In this document: positions 10,338 through 19,245 of the stretch, one piece after another | Layout of the letters: each line of letters begins with the position of its first letter | How positions within the stretch are numbered: the stretch's first letter is position 1 | Origin: Actinomycetota bacterium | GTDB lineage: Bacteria > Actinomycetota > Acidimicrobiia > Acidimicrobiales > Aldehydirespiratoraceae | Direction: 5' to 3' | DNA: 43,960 nucleotides | Assembly (NCBI GenBank): GCA_039815945.1 | Contig: JBCBYI010000003.1 | Span: forward strand, 1 to 43,960 | Program-made: the position numbers and the translations under genes | The notes under the pieces: model-generated | Databases searched by the model: none | What the model was told of the DNA's origin: nothing | The model's input: only the letters and a program-made list of their open reading frames with translations

Positions 10338-11339
10338 ATGAGTGACGTCCCGGCTGGCTGGTACGACGACCCCGAGGATTCTTCTCAGTACCGCTACTGG
10401 GACGGATCTCGCTGGACCGACAACCGTTCGCCTCGCACGACCGCGCAGACCGGCCCCTCCGGTACCGACGTCGGCGGCGGCGCGCTCAGCGACGGCTGGA
10501 ATCTGTTCCGCCGGAACTGGCTCGCCTTCCTCGCCATCTCGGCGGCCTCGCTCGTATTGTTCATCGTGGTGGCAGCCGTGGGGTTCGTGGCGATCAACGA
10601 CGCGACCGATCCGACCCTCGTCGACATCATCGACCGGGTGACCGACGAGGACTTCGACCCGGTCGACGATCCCGCCGACGAGGCCTACGTCGAGGCGATC
10701 GAGTTCACGCCCGGCGCCGGCTTCTGGGTCCTGGTGCCGGTGCTGTTGATCCTCGTGGCGGTCCTGCAGGCGTTCATCATCGGCACCGGAGCCGTGCACG
10801 TCGCCGCCGACCATGTGGGCCGGCCTCGGGCTCTGAGCGAATCGCTCGGCGTTGCGTTCCGCCGGCTTCCCCGCTGGATCGGTGTGTACCTGCTCTGGTT
10901 CCTCGGCTACATCGCGGCGTCGATCGCGCTCACCATCGTGGTGGTCCTGCTCGCCGTGATCTCCGGCGGCCTCTTGCTGCTCCTCGCCATCCCCGGCGTG
11001 TTCGCCCTGGTGATCTGGCTCTATCCAACCCTGTTCATGATGCCCACCGCGCTGGCCGTCGGTCCCACCGACGAGCCCCCGTTCCGCACCACGTTCGCGA
11101 TGATGCGCGCCGGCTGGCGGCAGATGGCGTGGCCGGTGCTGCTGGTCAACCTGGTGCTCATCGCTATCAGCATCGGACTCGGCGTGCTCGGCGTGATCCC
11201 GGTACTCGGCGTGCTCGTCTCGCTCGTCGGCAACTTCGGGATCTACGCCTACAGCACGTGTGTCAACGTCGCCCTGTGGACTCGGCTCGGGGGCCGCATC
11301 GGGGTCGACATCGGCGGCGGGGCCGCCCCCGTCAGCTGA
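10338..11339 (+). CDS. DUF2510 domain membrane protein (paralogue of 8251-9225)
   Basis: PAGWYDDP..YRYWDG.RWT N-terminus plus multiple TM helices. TACTGT -10 lies 7 nt before the ATG. Confidence 0.85.
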   Translation: MSDVPAGWYDDPEDSSQYRYWDGSRWTDNRSPRTTAQTGPSGTDVGGGALSDGWNLFRRNWLAFLAISAASLVLFIVVAAVGFVAINDATDPTLVDIIDRVTDEDFDPVDDPADEAYVEAIEFTPGAGFWVLVPVLLILVAVLQAFIIGTGAVHVAADHVGRPRALSESLGVAFRRLPRWIGVYLLWFLGYIAASIALTIVVVLLAVISGGLLLLLAIPGVFALVIWLYPTLFMMPTALAVGPTDEPPFRTTFAMMRAGWRQMAWPVLLVNLVLIAISIGLGVLGVIPVLGVLVSLVGNFGIYAYSTCVNVALWTRLGGRIGVDIGGGAAPVS

Positions 11340-12126
11340 TCACCAGCTCGGCGACACGAAGGGTGAGCAGGGCCGCGACCGGCGGCCAGATCGAACGAGG
11401 GAGGGAGAACGCGACGAGCGTGGCGCCGACCACGTAGGCGAACAGCCACGAGATCTCGCCCTCGGTGAAGACGAGCATCCCCCCGTGGAAGGCGAGTGCC
11501 GCGGCGACGGCCCACCGGATCCGACCCGGCAGGAGGAACAGCACGGCGAGCGTGGCCTCGATCACGAACGCGGACCACCCGACCAGCCGATCGATGCCGG
11601 ACCAGAGGTCGCGCACGGCACCGTGGATCCGGAGGTCGAGGAGGTCGTCGGTCCAGTGCTCGATGAAGGTTCCGTCGCGCCAGTCTGGATCGAACACCTT
11701 GTTGAGCGCCGCCGCGCCGTACATCACCGACAGTTGGATGCGAAGCGGCCACAGGTGGGTGCGAGGTTCGTAGAGTCCGAGCAGGACCAACACCAGCCCG
11801 GCGAGGATCCGATTGTTGGCGTACGCGCCGAGATCGACGAGCGGCCCGACGAGGATGATGGAGCCGGCCACCGCGGCGGCCGCCCGGGGCATGATCGCCA
11901 GCCAGAGGGCGACGGCGCACCCGAGATAGAGGGCGGCACCGATCAACCACACGATGCCGGGCACCTGCTCGGTCCAGTCGAGCCAGGCGAACGCAGCGAC
12001 GTCGGGGTTGGGCCGGGCCAGCCCGAGGAAGCCGGGCCACAGCGGGAACAGCACCACCAAGCGGGCGGCGAGCAGGGGCCCGGCGGGAAGGTCGTCGGTC
12101 TCGACCGGCGGGGTCAGGGTGACCAT
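11332..12126 (-). CDS. HTTM-domain-like membrane protein
   Basis: Polytopic membrane protein with Y.NN, RIQLSVMYG.AALNKVFDPDWRDG, IE and FHGGM motifs resembling HTTM. GAGGT RBS precedes ATG 12126. Confidence 0.7.
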   Translation of the reverse strand: MVTLTPPVETDDLPAGPLLAARLVVLFPLWPGFLGLARPNPDVAAFAWLDWTEQVPGIVWLIGAALYLGCAVALWLAIMPRAAAAVAGSIILVGPLVDLGAYANNRILAGLVLVLLGLYEPRTHLWPLRIQLSVMYGAAALNKVFDPDWRDGTFIEHWTDDLLDLRIHGAVRDLWSGIDRLVGWSAFVIEATLAVLFLLPGRIRWAVAAALAFHGGMLVFTEGEISWLFAYVVGATLVAFSLPRSIWPPVAALLTLRVAELVIS

Positions 12127-12482
12127 GTCCACACCTCGACCGGCCCGCCGTTGGTCGACGACGAGACGGTCACGACGATGTCGTTCGTGTCGGCCTCGGC
12201 CCGTCGGACGTAGCTGTGCACGTGCGCGATGGCGCGATTCTCACGGCCATGGGCGATGTCGTCCTCGACCCACAGGCCGAGCCGGTACCGCACGACGACC
12301 TCGTCGGCGTCGAGGGTCCGACCGTCGATGTCGACCTCGATCTCGTAGAACGAGATCTGGTCGTAGGGCGCCCATGCGAGGTAGCGGGTGTCGACCGTGC
12401 GGGCGTGCGCGACGGTGAGCAGCTGGACGGCCAGGATCGACCCGACCAGGGCGAGGCGCCAGTTCGCCCGCAGCCGGCTCAC
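12114..12482 (-). CDS. Small protein with N-terminal membrane anchor, partner of the HTTM gene
   Basis: Overlaps both neighbours. Hydrophobic N-terminus followed by YLAWAPYD. Confidence 0.7.
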   Translation of the reverse strand: MSRLRANWRLALVGSILAVQLLTVAHARTVDTRYLAWAPYDQISFYEIEVDIDGRTLDADEVVVRYRLGLWVEDDIAHGRENRAIAHVHSYVRRAEADTNDIVVTVSSSTNGGPVEVWTWSP

Positions 12483-12763
12483 CCGAGGGCGTCGACCTTC
12501 TCGACGAACGCCAGGTCGTTGCTCGAGATGCCGCCGGCATCATGATCGGTGATGGCGATCTCGACGGTGTTGTAGACGTTGCTCCACTCGGGGTGGTGGA
12601 ACAGCCGTTCGGCGATCAGCGCCACGCTCGACATGAAGCCGAAGGCCTCGACGAACGACCCGAACGTGAAGGTCCGGTGGAGTCGATCGCCATGTCGGGT
12701 CCACGCAGGGTGCGCCGCGAGGACATCGTCGATCTCGGATTCGGTCAGCAGCGTGCCGGGCAT
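12479..12763 (-). CDS. phhB: Pterin-4-alpha-carbinolamine dehydratase
   Basis: [34 protein letters not shown] motif. Confidence 0.92.
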   Translation of the reverse strand: MPGTLLTESEIDDVLAAHPAWTRHGDRLHRTFTFGSFVEAFGFMSSVALIAERLFHHPEWSNVYNTVEIAITDHDAGGISSNDLAFVEKVDALG

Positions 12764-12793
12764 GGCCCGATCATGGCACGCAACGCCGTGGTG

Positions 12794-13582
12794 TCACGCC
12801 AGCGGGTCGGCGAAGGGATCGTCGGGAAGGCCGACCGACGCCGCCGCCGGCGCCGGGGCGGTGACCCACCGCTCGTAGCCCGTCTCCTCGAGCTCGGTGG
12901 CGAGCTCGGGCCCGCCCGATTCCTTGATCACGCCGTCGGCGAAGACGTGCACGACGTCGGGCTTGAGCTGTTCGAAGAGCCGGCTGTAGTGGGTGATGGC
13001 GAGCACGCCGAGACCGTTCTCGTGGGTCTCTTCTTCGACCCGCTGGCTGACAAGGCGCAGGGCGTCGACGTCGAGGCCGGAGTCGAGCTCGTCGAGGATC
13101 GCGAAGGTGGGGCGCAGCACGCCGAGCTGCAACGTCTCGTTGCGCTTCTTCTCGCCACCGGAGAGGTCGACGTTGAGCGGGCGCTCGAGGAACTGGGCAC
13201 CGAAACCGATGCGCTCGGCCTCGACGCGCATGCGTTCGGAGATCTCCGCGGGATCCTCGGGGGTACGCACCGACGCGGTGAGCAGGTCGCGAAGCGCGAC
13301 ACCGGGGACCTCGGTCGGGTACTGCATGGCGAGGAACAGGCCGGCTTCGGCCCGCTGCCAGGTCGCCTTGTCGAGCAGCTCGACGTCGTCGATGCGAACC
13401 GACCCGCCGAGGACGTCGTAGCCGGGACGACCGGCGATGACATGCGACAGCGTGGACTTGCCCGAACCGTTGGGCCCCATGACGGCGTGGACTTCGCCGG
13501 CCGGCACCTCCAGGTCGACGCCCTTCAGGATCTCGGATCCGCCGACGGCGGCGCGGAGGCCTTCGATGATCAGGGTGCTCAT
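12794..13582 (-). CDS. sufC: Fe-S cluster assembly ATPase SufC (second paralogue)
   Basis: GEVHAVMGPNGSGKST, FLAMQYP.EVPGV, LSGGEKKRNE, DELDSGLDVDAL and ITHY motifs. Confidence 0.94.
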   Translation of the reverse strand: MSTLIIEGLRAAVGGSEILKGVDLEVPAGEVHAVMGPNGSGKSTLSHVIAGRPGYDVLGGSVRIDDVELLDKATWQRAEAGLFLAMQYPTEVPGVALRDLLTASVRTPEDPAEISERMRVEAERIGFGAQFLERPLNVDLSGGEKKRNETLQLGVLRPTFAILDELDSGLDVDALRLVSQRVEEETHENGLGVLAITHYSRLFEQLKPDVVHVFADGVIKESGGPELATELEETGYERWVTAPAPAAASVGLPDDPFADPLA

Positions 13583-13911
13583 GCGTCCTCCTCGAGGGGG
13601 GCGAGGGTCAAGACGACGTCGCCGTCGACGACGGCGACCTCATAGGTGGGAACGGGGCGGATGGCGGGCAGGGTGAGCGCCTCGCCGGTGCGCAGGTCGA
13701 ACGAGGCGCCGTGCTTCGGGCACTCGACGGCACAATCGTCGGCCTCGACGAAACCGCCGGACAGGGAGACGTCGGCGTGGCTGCAGGTGTCGCTCAGGGC
13801 GTAGACGTCGTCGTCGATGCGCACGAGGAGGATGTCGCGATCGTCGATCGTGACCTTCTGGGCCGCGCCGGACTCCATCGAGTCGAGCGAGAAGAGGGTG
13901 TAGGCGGTCAT
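13579..13911 (-). CDS. Rieske-type ferredoxin (suf-associated)
   Basis: CSH and CPKH Rieske ligands, F.LRTG.AL.LPA. ATG 13911 overlaps the sufD stop. Confidence 0.92.
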   Translation of the reverse strand: MTAYTLFSLDSMESGAAQKVTIDDRDILLVRIDDDVYALSDTCSHADVSLSGGFVEADDCAVECPKHGASFDLRTGEALTLPAIRPVPTYEVAVVDGDVVLTLAPLEEDA

Positions 13912-15200
13912 ACGGTCTGCAACTCCGACTCCGGCGCAGCGTCGAGTTCGCGCTGGCGGGCGAGCTTGGCCGCGATGGCGGACTTGAGCGCGGGGACGGC
14001 GGCCTGGACCGGCACGCCGGCGAGGACCTCGCCGAGGAAGCCGGCGACGATGAGGCGCTCGGCCTCGGCGGTCGGGACGCCGCGGGACTCGAGGTAGAAC
14101 CGCTGATCCTCGTCGACCGGGCTGACGGTGGAGGCGTGGCTGCACTTCACGTCGTTGTTCTCGATCTCGAGGTTGGGCACCGACTCGGCCCAGGCGTCGT
14201 CGCTGAGCTTGAGGTTTCGGTTGGTCTGGAAGGCGTTGGTGCCGCGGGCGTCGGGGCGGACGCGGATCAGGCCGGTGTAGACGCTGCGGCTCTCGCCGGC
14301 GACGACGCCCTTGTAGAGCAGGTTCGACGTGGTGTCGGGCGCCACGTGATCCTGATAGGTGCGGAAGTCGAGGGTCTGTGCGGCCTCACCGAAGTAGACG
14401 GCGGCGAGATCGCCGTGGGCGCCTCGACCGACGAGGCGGGTGTCGGCGCGGGTGCGGGCGTAGGCGCCGCCGAACGCGGCGGTGGCCGCCGAGACGGTGG
14501 CGTCACGCTCGGCGCGGGCGAGCACACTGCCGAACTGCCAGGTCTTGGCGCCCTGCTCCTGCACCTTCAGGTACCCCAGGCGACCGGCGGCTTCGACGTC
14601 GAGTTCGACGACCGGGCAGACCAGGATGTCGTCGTCGGCCTCGCTGGTGTGGAGATCCATCACGTCGGCCTGGGCGCTCTCGGCGACCCGCACGACGAGC
14701 CGCGGGAACGCGGCACCGCCGTCACCGGCGGCGTGGTGCGTGACGACGATCGGACGCTCGACGACGACGCCCCGGGGGATGTCGATCAGCAGCGGCCAGT
14801 CCATGAAGGCGTCGTTGAGAAGGGTGAAGTAGTCGCTCGCATCGTCGGCGACTGAACCGAGACGGGCCTGACCGTTGTCGTCCTCGGCCAGCGGGCCGAT
14901 GTGCACACCCTGGTCGAGGAGTTCCTGATCGACCTCGACGAACATGACTCGACCGTTGACACAGCGGATCAGGGCCGCGGGCTCGACGTCGAGGCGCGGC
15001 ATCGGGGCATCGCCGAACTCGCTCGACGGGGTGTAGCGCTCGAGATCGAATGAGCCGATGAGGCTGTAGCGCCACTCCTCGGCGGAGTCGTCGGGACGCT
15101 CGGTCGACGCGAAGGTCTCGGCGGCGGCCTGACGACGAGCGACCAGCCAGTCGGGGCCGCCGAGTGCGCCGGCGGCGGTGGGGGAAAAGGCGGAGGACAT
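13908..15200 (-). CDS. sufD: Fe-S cluster assembly protein SufD
   Basis: EEWRYS, DH.AP.TTSNLLYKG, TNAFQTNRNL.LS, PNLEIENNDVKCSHAST and FYLESRG motifs. Start moved to ATG 15200 (or 15206), downstream of the TAGGAT -10. Confidence 0.93.
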   Translation of the reverse strand: MSSAFSPTAAGALGGPDWLVARRQAAAETFASTERPDDSAEEWRYSLIGSFDLERYTPSSEFGDAPMPRLDVEPAALIRCVNGRVMFVEVDQELLDQGVHIGPLAEDDNGQARLGSVADDASDYFTLLNDAFMDWPLLIDIPRGVVVERPIVVTHHAAGDGGAAFPRLVVRVAESAQADVMDLHTSEADDDILVCPVVELDVEAAGRLGYLKVQEQGAKTWQFGSVLARAERDATVSAATAAFGGAYARTRADTRLVGRGAHGDLAAVYFGEAAQTLDFRTYQDHVAPDTTSNLLYKGVVAGESRSVYTGLIRVRPDARGTNAFQTNRNLKLSDDAWAESVPNLEIENNDVKCSHASTVSPVDEDQRFYLESRGVPTAEAERLIVAGFLGEVLAGVPVQAAVPALKSAIAAKLARQRELDAAPESELQTV

Positions 15201-15205
15201 CGGCA

Positions 15206-15229
15206 TTAATCCTACCGCCGTAGTGTTAA
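15206..15229. promoter_or_regulatory. Palindromic operator upstream of sufD (suf motif copy 2)
   Basis: Minus strand reads TTAACACTAC-GGCG-GTAGGATTAA; the right arm contains the -10 TAGGAT. Confidence 0.75.
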
Positions 15230-15559
15230 CCAACGGCGACTCGCGGGCATCGCAAGTGGCCCGCCAGGTGATGCCGTCGGCCGGCTCCCAGGTCGGCCAC
15301 GGGTCCGGGTCGAGGGGCCTGCCGATCCAAGGCCGCCACGACCGGTTCCGGCGGGACGGCGACGCCGTTGACCGCGGGTGGCGTTCCCGCTGCCCGCCAT
15401 CGCATCCACCAGTCACCATCGGAGTGACCACCGCGTCGGTCACCGCCCACCTGCCGAGTCATCGTCTGAGTGGGGGTGAATCCGTCGCCGGGCGCGAGAA
15501 TCTGAGCGGCGTTTCGCCGCGAACGCGGTCGAGTGGTGACGAAGCCGGGAGTGGTGCCG

Positions 15560-16018
15560 TCAGCGACGGCCGTCGCGGTAGCGCTTGCGGAAGCGCTCGC
15601 CGAACCCCTCGCCCTTGGACTTCGGCGGCGTGGCGCCGGGGGGCGTCGAGAGGTTCGAGGTGTCGTCGCCCTTCTTGCGGCGCAGACGACCGAGCCCCTT
15701 CTTGCTGCGCTTGGCCCGCTCCACTTCGAGATCGGCGAGCGTGCCGGGCACGGCGTCGTTGATGATGTCCTCGGCGGCATCGAGCAGGGCCGCGATCGAG
15801 TCGTCGTCGCCGAGGCTCTCGGGTTCGGCCGGGGTCTCGGGCGTGACGAGGCTGCCGTAGCTCCAGTTCACGTCGGCGAGACGCCGGGTGAACTTGGGGC
15901 AGTCGTCGGGGCAGCGCCACGGAGCCTCGGGCGCCAAGTCGAGATCACACTTCCGGACGGTGTCCCCGTTGGGGTAGCTCCGGGATTCGAAGTACTTGCA
16001 GTCCTGGCGCATCGGCAT
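15560..16018 (-). CDS. Hypothetical protein with an N-terminal four-Cys cluster
   Basis: C7-x16-C24-x11-C36-x3-C40, an acidic middle and a basic C-terminus. Good codon usage. Confidence 0.75.
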   Translation of the reverse strand: MPMRQDCKYFESRSYPNGDTVRKCDLDLAPEAPWRCPDDCPKFTRRLADVNWSYGSLVTPETPAEPESLGDDDSIAALLDAAEDIINDAVPGTLADLEVERAKRSKKGLGRLRRKKGDDTSNLSTPPGATPPKSKGEGFGERFRKRYRDGRR

Positions 16019-16054
16019 GTTCCCATTGTGGCGGCTGCCGGGCCGCTGCGGGCG

Positions 16055-16594
16055 TCAGACGCCGGCGAGTTCGGCCAGCAGGGGCGTCAGGGTGAAGCCG
16101 TCGGCGATCTCGCCGTCGCGGATCAGCGCCGGGATGTCGTCGAGCGGGATCCACTCGATCGCCGCCGCCTCGTCGAGGTCGGTCGGGTCGCCGACGTGGG
16201 TGGCCTCGGTCGCCCGCTCGACGTGGAAGGTGAGATCGATCGAGCCGTTGGCCGGGTGCCACGAGAGAAACGGTGTGGTCGGGCCCGGCCGCCAGCCCGT
16301 CTCCTCCCGGCACTCGCGGGCGGCCGCCTCGGCGACCGTCTCGCCGGGGTCGATGCGGCCGGCGGGCAGCTCCCAGCACCAGGTGTCGGTGACGAAGCGG
16401 TGCCGCCAGATCATCAACACCTTCTCGTCGACCACGACGAGGGTGGCGGCGGCCTCGGCCGGCACCCGCACGACATGGTGTTCGAACCGCGCGCCCGACG
16501 GCGTCTCGACATCGACCAGGCGCATCGACATCCACTCGGAGTCGTAGATCGACCGCTCGCCGTGGACGGTCCACTCGCCGGGCACGGCACTCAT
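16055..16594 (-). CDS. NUDIX hydrolase
   Basis: Nudix box PAGRIDPGETVAEAAARECREETGW. Confidence 0.92.
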   Translation of the reverse strand: MSAVPGEWTVHGERSIYDSEWMSMRLVDVETPSGARFEHHVVRVPAEAAATLVVVDEKVLMIWRHRFVTDTWCWELPAGRIDPGETVAEAAARECREETGWRPGPTTPFLSWHPANGSIDLTFHVERATEATHVGDPTDLDEAAAIEWIPLDDIPALIRDGEIADGFTLTPLLAELAGV

Positions 16595-17151
16595 CGCGCA
16601 GCCAACGTGTTCCAGACCGCGACCATCGTCAGCCCGTCGACGATGCGACCGGCGGCGACGAGCTCGGCGAGATCATCGAGCGGGACCCATGCGACCTCGA
16701 CCGTCTCGTCGAGTTCGCTGGGGTCGCCCTGCCGTTCGGCCGAGGCCGCAGCGAAGAGCTGGAACTCCTGGTCACTCGTGCCCGACGACGGATGCCATCG
16801 GCAGCGGAACTCGACCGGGCCACACGCCCAGCCCGTCTCCTCCAGGGCTTCGCGCCGGGCCGCGTCGGCCGGGTCCTCACCCGGGTCGACGACGCCGGCC
16901 GGGATCTCCCAGCCCCAGGTGTCGGGGATCATGCGATGGCGCCAGATCATCAAGAGGGCGTCGTCGACGACGACGACGGTTCCGACGGCCGGATGCTCGA
17001 ACCGGACCGCTTCGTGTTCGAAGCGGCGACCCGACGGCACCGACACGTCGACGAGGTCGAGGCCGCACCACCACGAGTGGTACACCGAACGGCTGCCGTG
17101 CACCGCCCAGACGGCCCGTTCGGGTGTCGGGGGATCGAAGGGGTCGACCAT
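16591..17151 (-). CDS. NUDIX hydrolase (tandem paralogue)
   Basis: Nudix box PAGVVDPGEDPADAARREALEETGW. Start at ATG 17151, 7 nt after TAGGGT. Confidence 0.9.
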   Translation of the reverse strand: MVDPFDPPTPERAVWAVHGSRSVYHSWWCGLDLVDVSVPSGRRFEHEAVRFEHPAVGTVVVVDDALLMIWRHRMIPDTWGWEIPAGVVDPGEDPADAARREALEETGWACGPVEFRCRWHPSSGTSDQEFQLFAAASAERQGDPSELDETVEVAWVPLDDLAELVAAGRIVDGLTMVAVWNTLAAR

Positions 17152-17204
17152 CGGGGCCACCCTAGAACGCGACTCGGCCCCGCCCCGGGGGGGGGAGGAG
17201 TGCC

Positions 17205-18608
17205 CTAGCCGACGCTGCCTTCCATCTGCAGCTCGATCAGGCGGGACCACTCGACCGCGTACTCCATCGGGAGGGTGCGGGTGACCGGCTCGATGAAGCC
17301 GTTGACGATCATGCCCATCGCCTGCTCCTCGGTGAGGCCACGCGACTGCAGGTAGAAGAGCTGCTCGTCGGCGACCCGGGAGACAGTGGCCTCGTGACCA
17401 ATGACGGCGTCGCCCGAACCGACCTCCATGTAGGGGTAGGTGTCGGAGATCGACTCGTCGTCGAGGATGAGGGCGTCGCACTGGACGTGGGACTTGCAGC
17501 CGTAGGCGTCGTCCTCGACCCGAACGAGACCGCGGTACGAGGTGCGGCCGCCGTCCTTGGAGATCGACTTCGAGACGATCTTGGAGGTGGTCTCCGGCGC
17601 GGCGTGGATCATCTTGGCGCCGGTGTCCTGGTGCTGGTTGGGACCGGCGTAGGCGACCGAGAGCACCTCACCCGACGCCTTCGGGCCGGCGAGCACGACG
17701 GCCGGGTACTTCATGGTGAGCTTCGAGCCGATGTTGCCGTCGATCCACTCCATGTGGCCCTCGGCTTCGACGTAGGCCCGCTTGGTGACCAGGTTGAAGA
17801 CGTTGTCGGACCAGTTCTGGATCGTGGTGTAGGTGACCCGAGCCGACGGCTTCACGACGATCTCCACGACGGCGGAGTGCAGCGAGTCCGACGTGTAGGT
17901 CGGGGCCGAGCAGCCCTCGATGTAGTGCACCTTCGAGCCCTCGTCGGCGATGATGAGGGTGCGCTCGAACTGGCCCATGTTCTCCGCGTTGATGCGGAAG
18001 TAGGCCTGCAGCGGCATCTCGACCTCGACGCCCGGCGGGACATAGATGAACGAGCCACCGGACCAGGCGGCAGAGTTGAGGGCGGAGTACTTGTTGTCGT
18101 TCGGCGGGATGATCTTGCCGAAGTAGTCCTTGACGAGCTGCGGGTACTCCTTGACCGCGGTGTCCATGTCGCAGAACAGCACGCCCTGCGCCTCAAGGTC
18201 CTCGCGGTTGCGGTGGTAGACGACCTCGGACTCGTACTGGGCGGTGACACCGGCGAGGTACTTGCGCTCGGCCTCGGGGATGCCCAGCTTCTCGTAGGTG
18301 TTCTTGATCGACTCCGGGACCTCGTCCCAGTCGTCGCTCAGATCGCCCTTGGGCTTGATGTAGTAGTAGATGTCGTCGAAGTCGAGGTCAGACGTGTCGC
18401 CACCCCAGCTCGGGCGAGGACGGCGCTCGAAGCGCTGGTGCGACTTCAGACGGAAGTCGAGCATCCAGTCGGGCTCGCCCTTGAGCCACGACATCTCTCG
18501 AAGGATGTCTTCGTTGAGGCCCTTCTTGGGCTTGAAGACGTAGTCCTCTTCGTCGGCCCAGCCGAGCTGGTACTTGCCGAGGTCGATGCCGATGTCGGTG
18601 GACGCCAT
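17205..18608 (-). CDS. sufB: Fe-S cluster assembly protein SufB
   Basis: [52 protein letters not shown] and HEATVS motifs. GAAAGG RBS precedes ATG 18608. Confidence 0.97.
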   Translation of the reverse strand: MASTDIGIDLGKYQLGWADEEDYVFKPKKGLNEDILREMSWLKGEPDWMLDFRLKSHQRFERRPRPSWGGDTSDLDFDDIYYYIKPKGDLSDDWDEVPESIKNTYEKLGIPEAERKYLAGVTAQYESEVVYHRNREDLEAQGVLFCDMDTAVKEYPQLVKDYFGKIIPPNDNKYSALNSAAWSGGSFIYVPPGVEVEMPLQAYFRINAENMGQFERTLIIADEGSKVHYIEGCSAPTYTSDSLHSAVVEIVVKPSARVTYTTIQNWSDNVFNLVTKRAYVEAEGHMEWIDGNIGSKLTMKYPAVVLAGPKASGEVLSVAYAGPNQHQDTGAKMIHAAPETTSKIVSKSISKDGGRTSYRGLVRVEDDAYGCKSHVQCDALILDDESISDTYPYMEVGSGDAVIGHEATVSRVADEQLFYLQSRGLTEEQAMGMIVNGFIEPVTRTLPMEYAVEWSRLIELQMEGSVG

Positions 18609-18639
18609 GGAGGTGCCTTTCAACGAGGTGCGTGGGGGA

Positions 18640-18659
18640 GCCGAGGAGGCCTCCTCGGC
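18640..18659 (-). promoter_or_regulatory. Perfect 20-bp palindrome/hairpin at the predicted 5' end of the sufB leader
   Basis: GCCGAGGAGG-CCTCCTCGGC, starting about 6 nt downstream of the -10 TAGTGT (18670-18665). Confidence 0.55.
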
Positions 18660-18661
18660 AA

Positions 18662-18685
18662 TTAACACTACGCAGATAGTAACAA
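18662..18685. promoter_or_regulatory. Palindromic operator upstream of sufB (suf motif copy 3, one degenerate arm)
   Basis: TTAACACTAC-GCAG-ATAGTAACAA. One arm is identical to copy 2, the other matches 6/10. Overlaps the -10 TAGTGT. Confidence 0.65.
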
Positions 18686-18686
18686 C

Positions 18687-19244
18687 TCAGGAGGGCTTTT
18701 CGACAGTCGGGTACAGCGATTTCAGCAGTTCCGAGGTCAGATCCCGCAGCTCGTCGGCAGTCTTGCGGTTCACCCGGGCCGAGCGGCCGTACGGGTCGGC
18801 GATCTCGTCGGGGCCGTCGCCCAGCAGATCCCCGTGCTCGCGGGCGTCGTCGGCTGCTGCGAGACGCTCGTGGGGATCCGCGATCACCGGATCGACCGCC
18901 CCGAGCGCGGCGACCGCACCCTTGAGGGTGAAGATGCCGCGGGGTCCGCAGGCCGCCGCGAGGTCACGGCCGTGGCGCCGCTCCATCGTCACGACGAGAT
19001 CGGCCTCGTCGACCATCGAGGCCGTGGTCACCCGGGATCGATGGTCGGCCAGGTCGATGCCCCGCTCCCCCATCACCGTCACCATCATCGGAGAGGCCGG
19101 CTCGCCGTCGAAGAGAAAGCCCGACGACGACACCTCGACGTCGAGTCCCTGCTCGATGGCGCCGGTGCGCAACAGCGCTTCGGCCGCCGGCGAGCGACAG
19201 ATGTTGGCCGTGCAGACGACCAGGACGCGCAGGGGCTCGGCCAC
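18687..19244 (-). CDS. Low molecular weight protein-tyrosine phosphatase family
   Basis: VCTANICRSP P-loop (Cx5R) and IADPYG. Confidence 0.9.
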   Translation of the reverse strand: MAEPLRVLVVCTANICRSPAAEALLRTGAIEQGLDVEVSSSGFLFDGEPASPMMVTVMGERGIDLADHRSRVTTASMVDEADLVVTMERRHGRDLAAACGPRGIFTLKGAVAALGAVDPVIADPHERLAAADDAREHGDLLGDGPDEIADPYGRSARVNRKTADELRDLTSELLKSLYPTVEKPS

Positions 19245-19245
19245 C

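Noticed and set aside
15201-15443. N-terminal extension of SufD in the ORF track (also the 2003-2797, 3814-4119, 17152-17481, 23964-24266 and 31338-31529 extensions)
   Set aside because: The extensions are not homologous to the families and run through promoter elements or neighbouring genes; downstream starts fit -10 or RBS positions.
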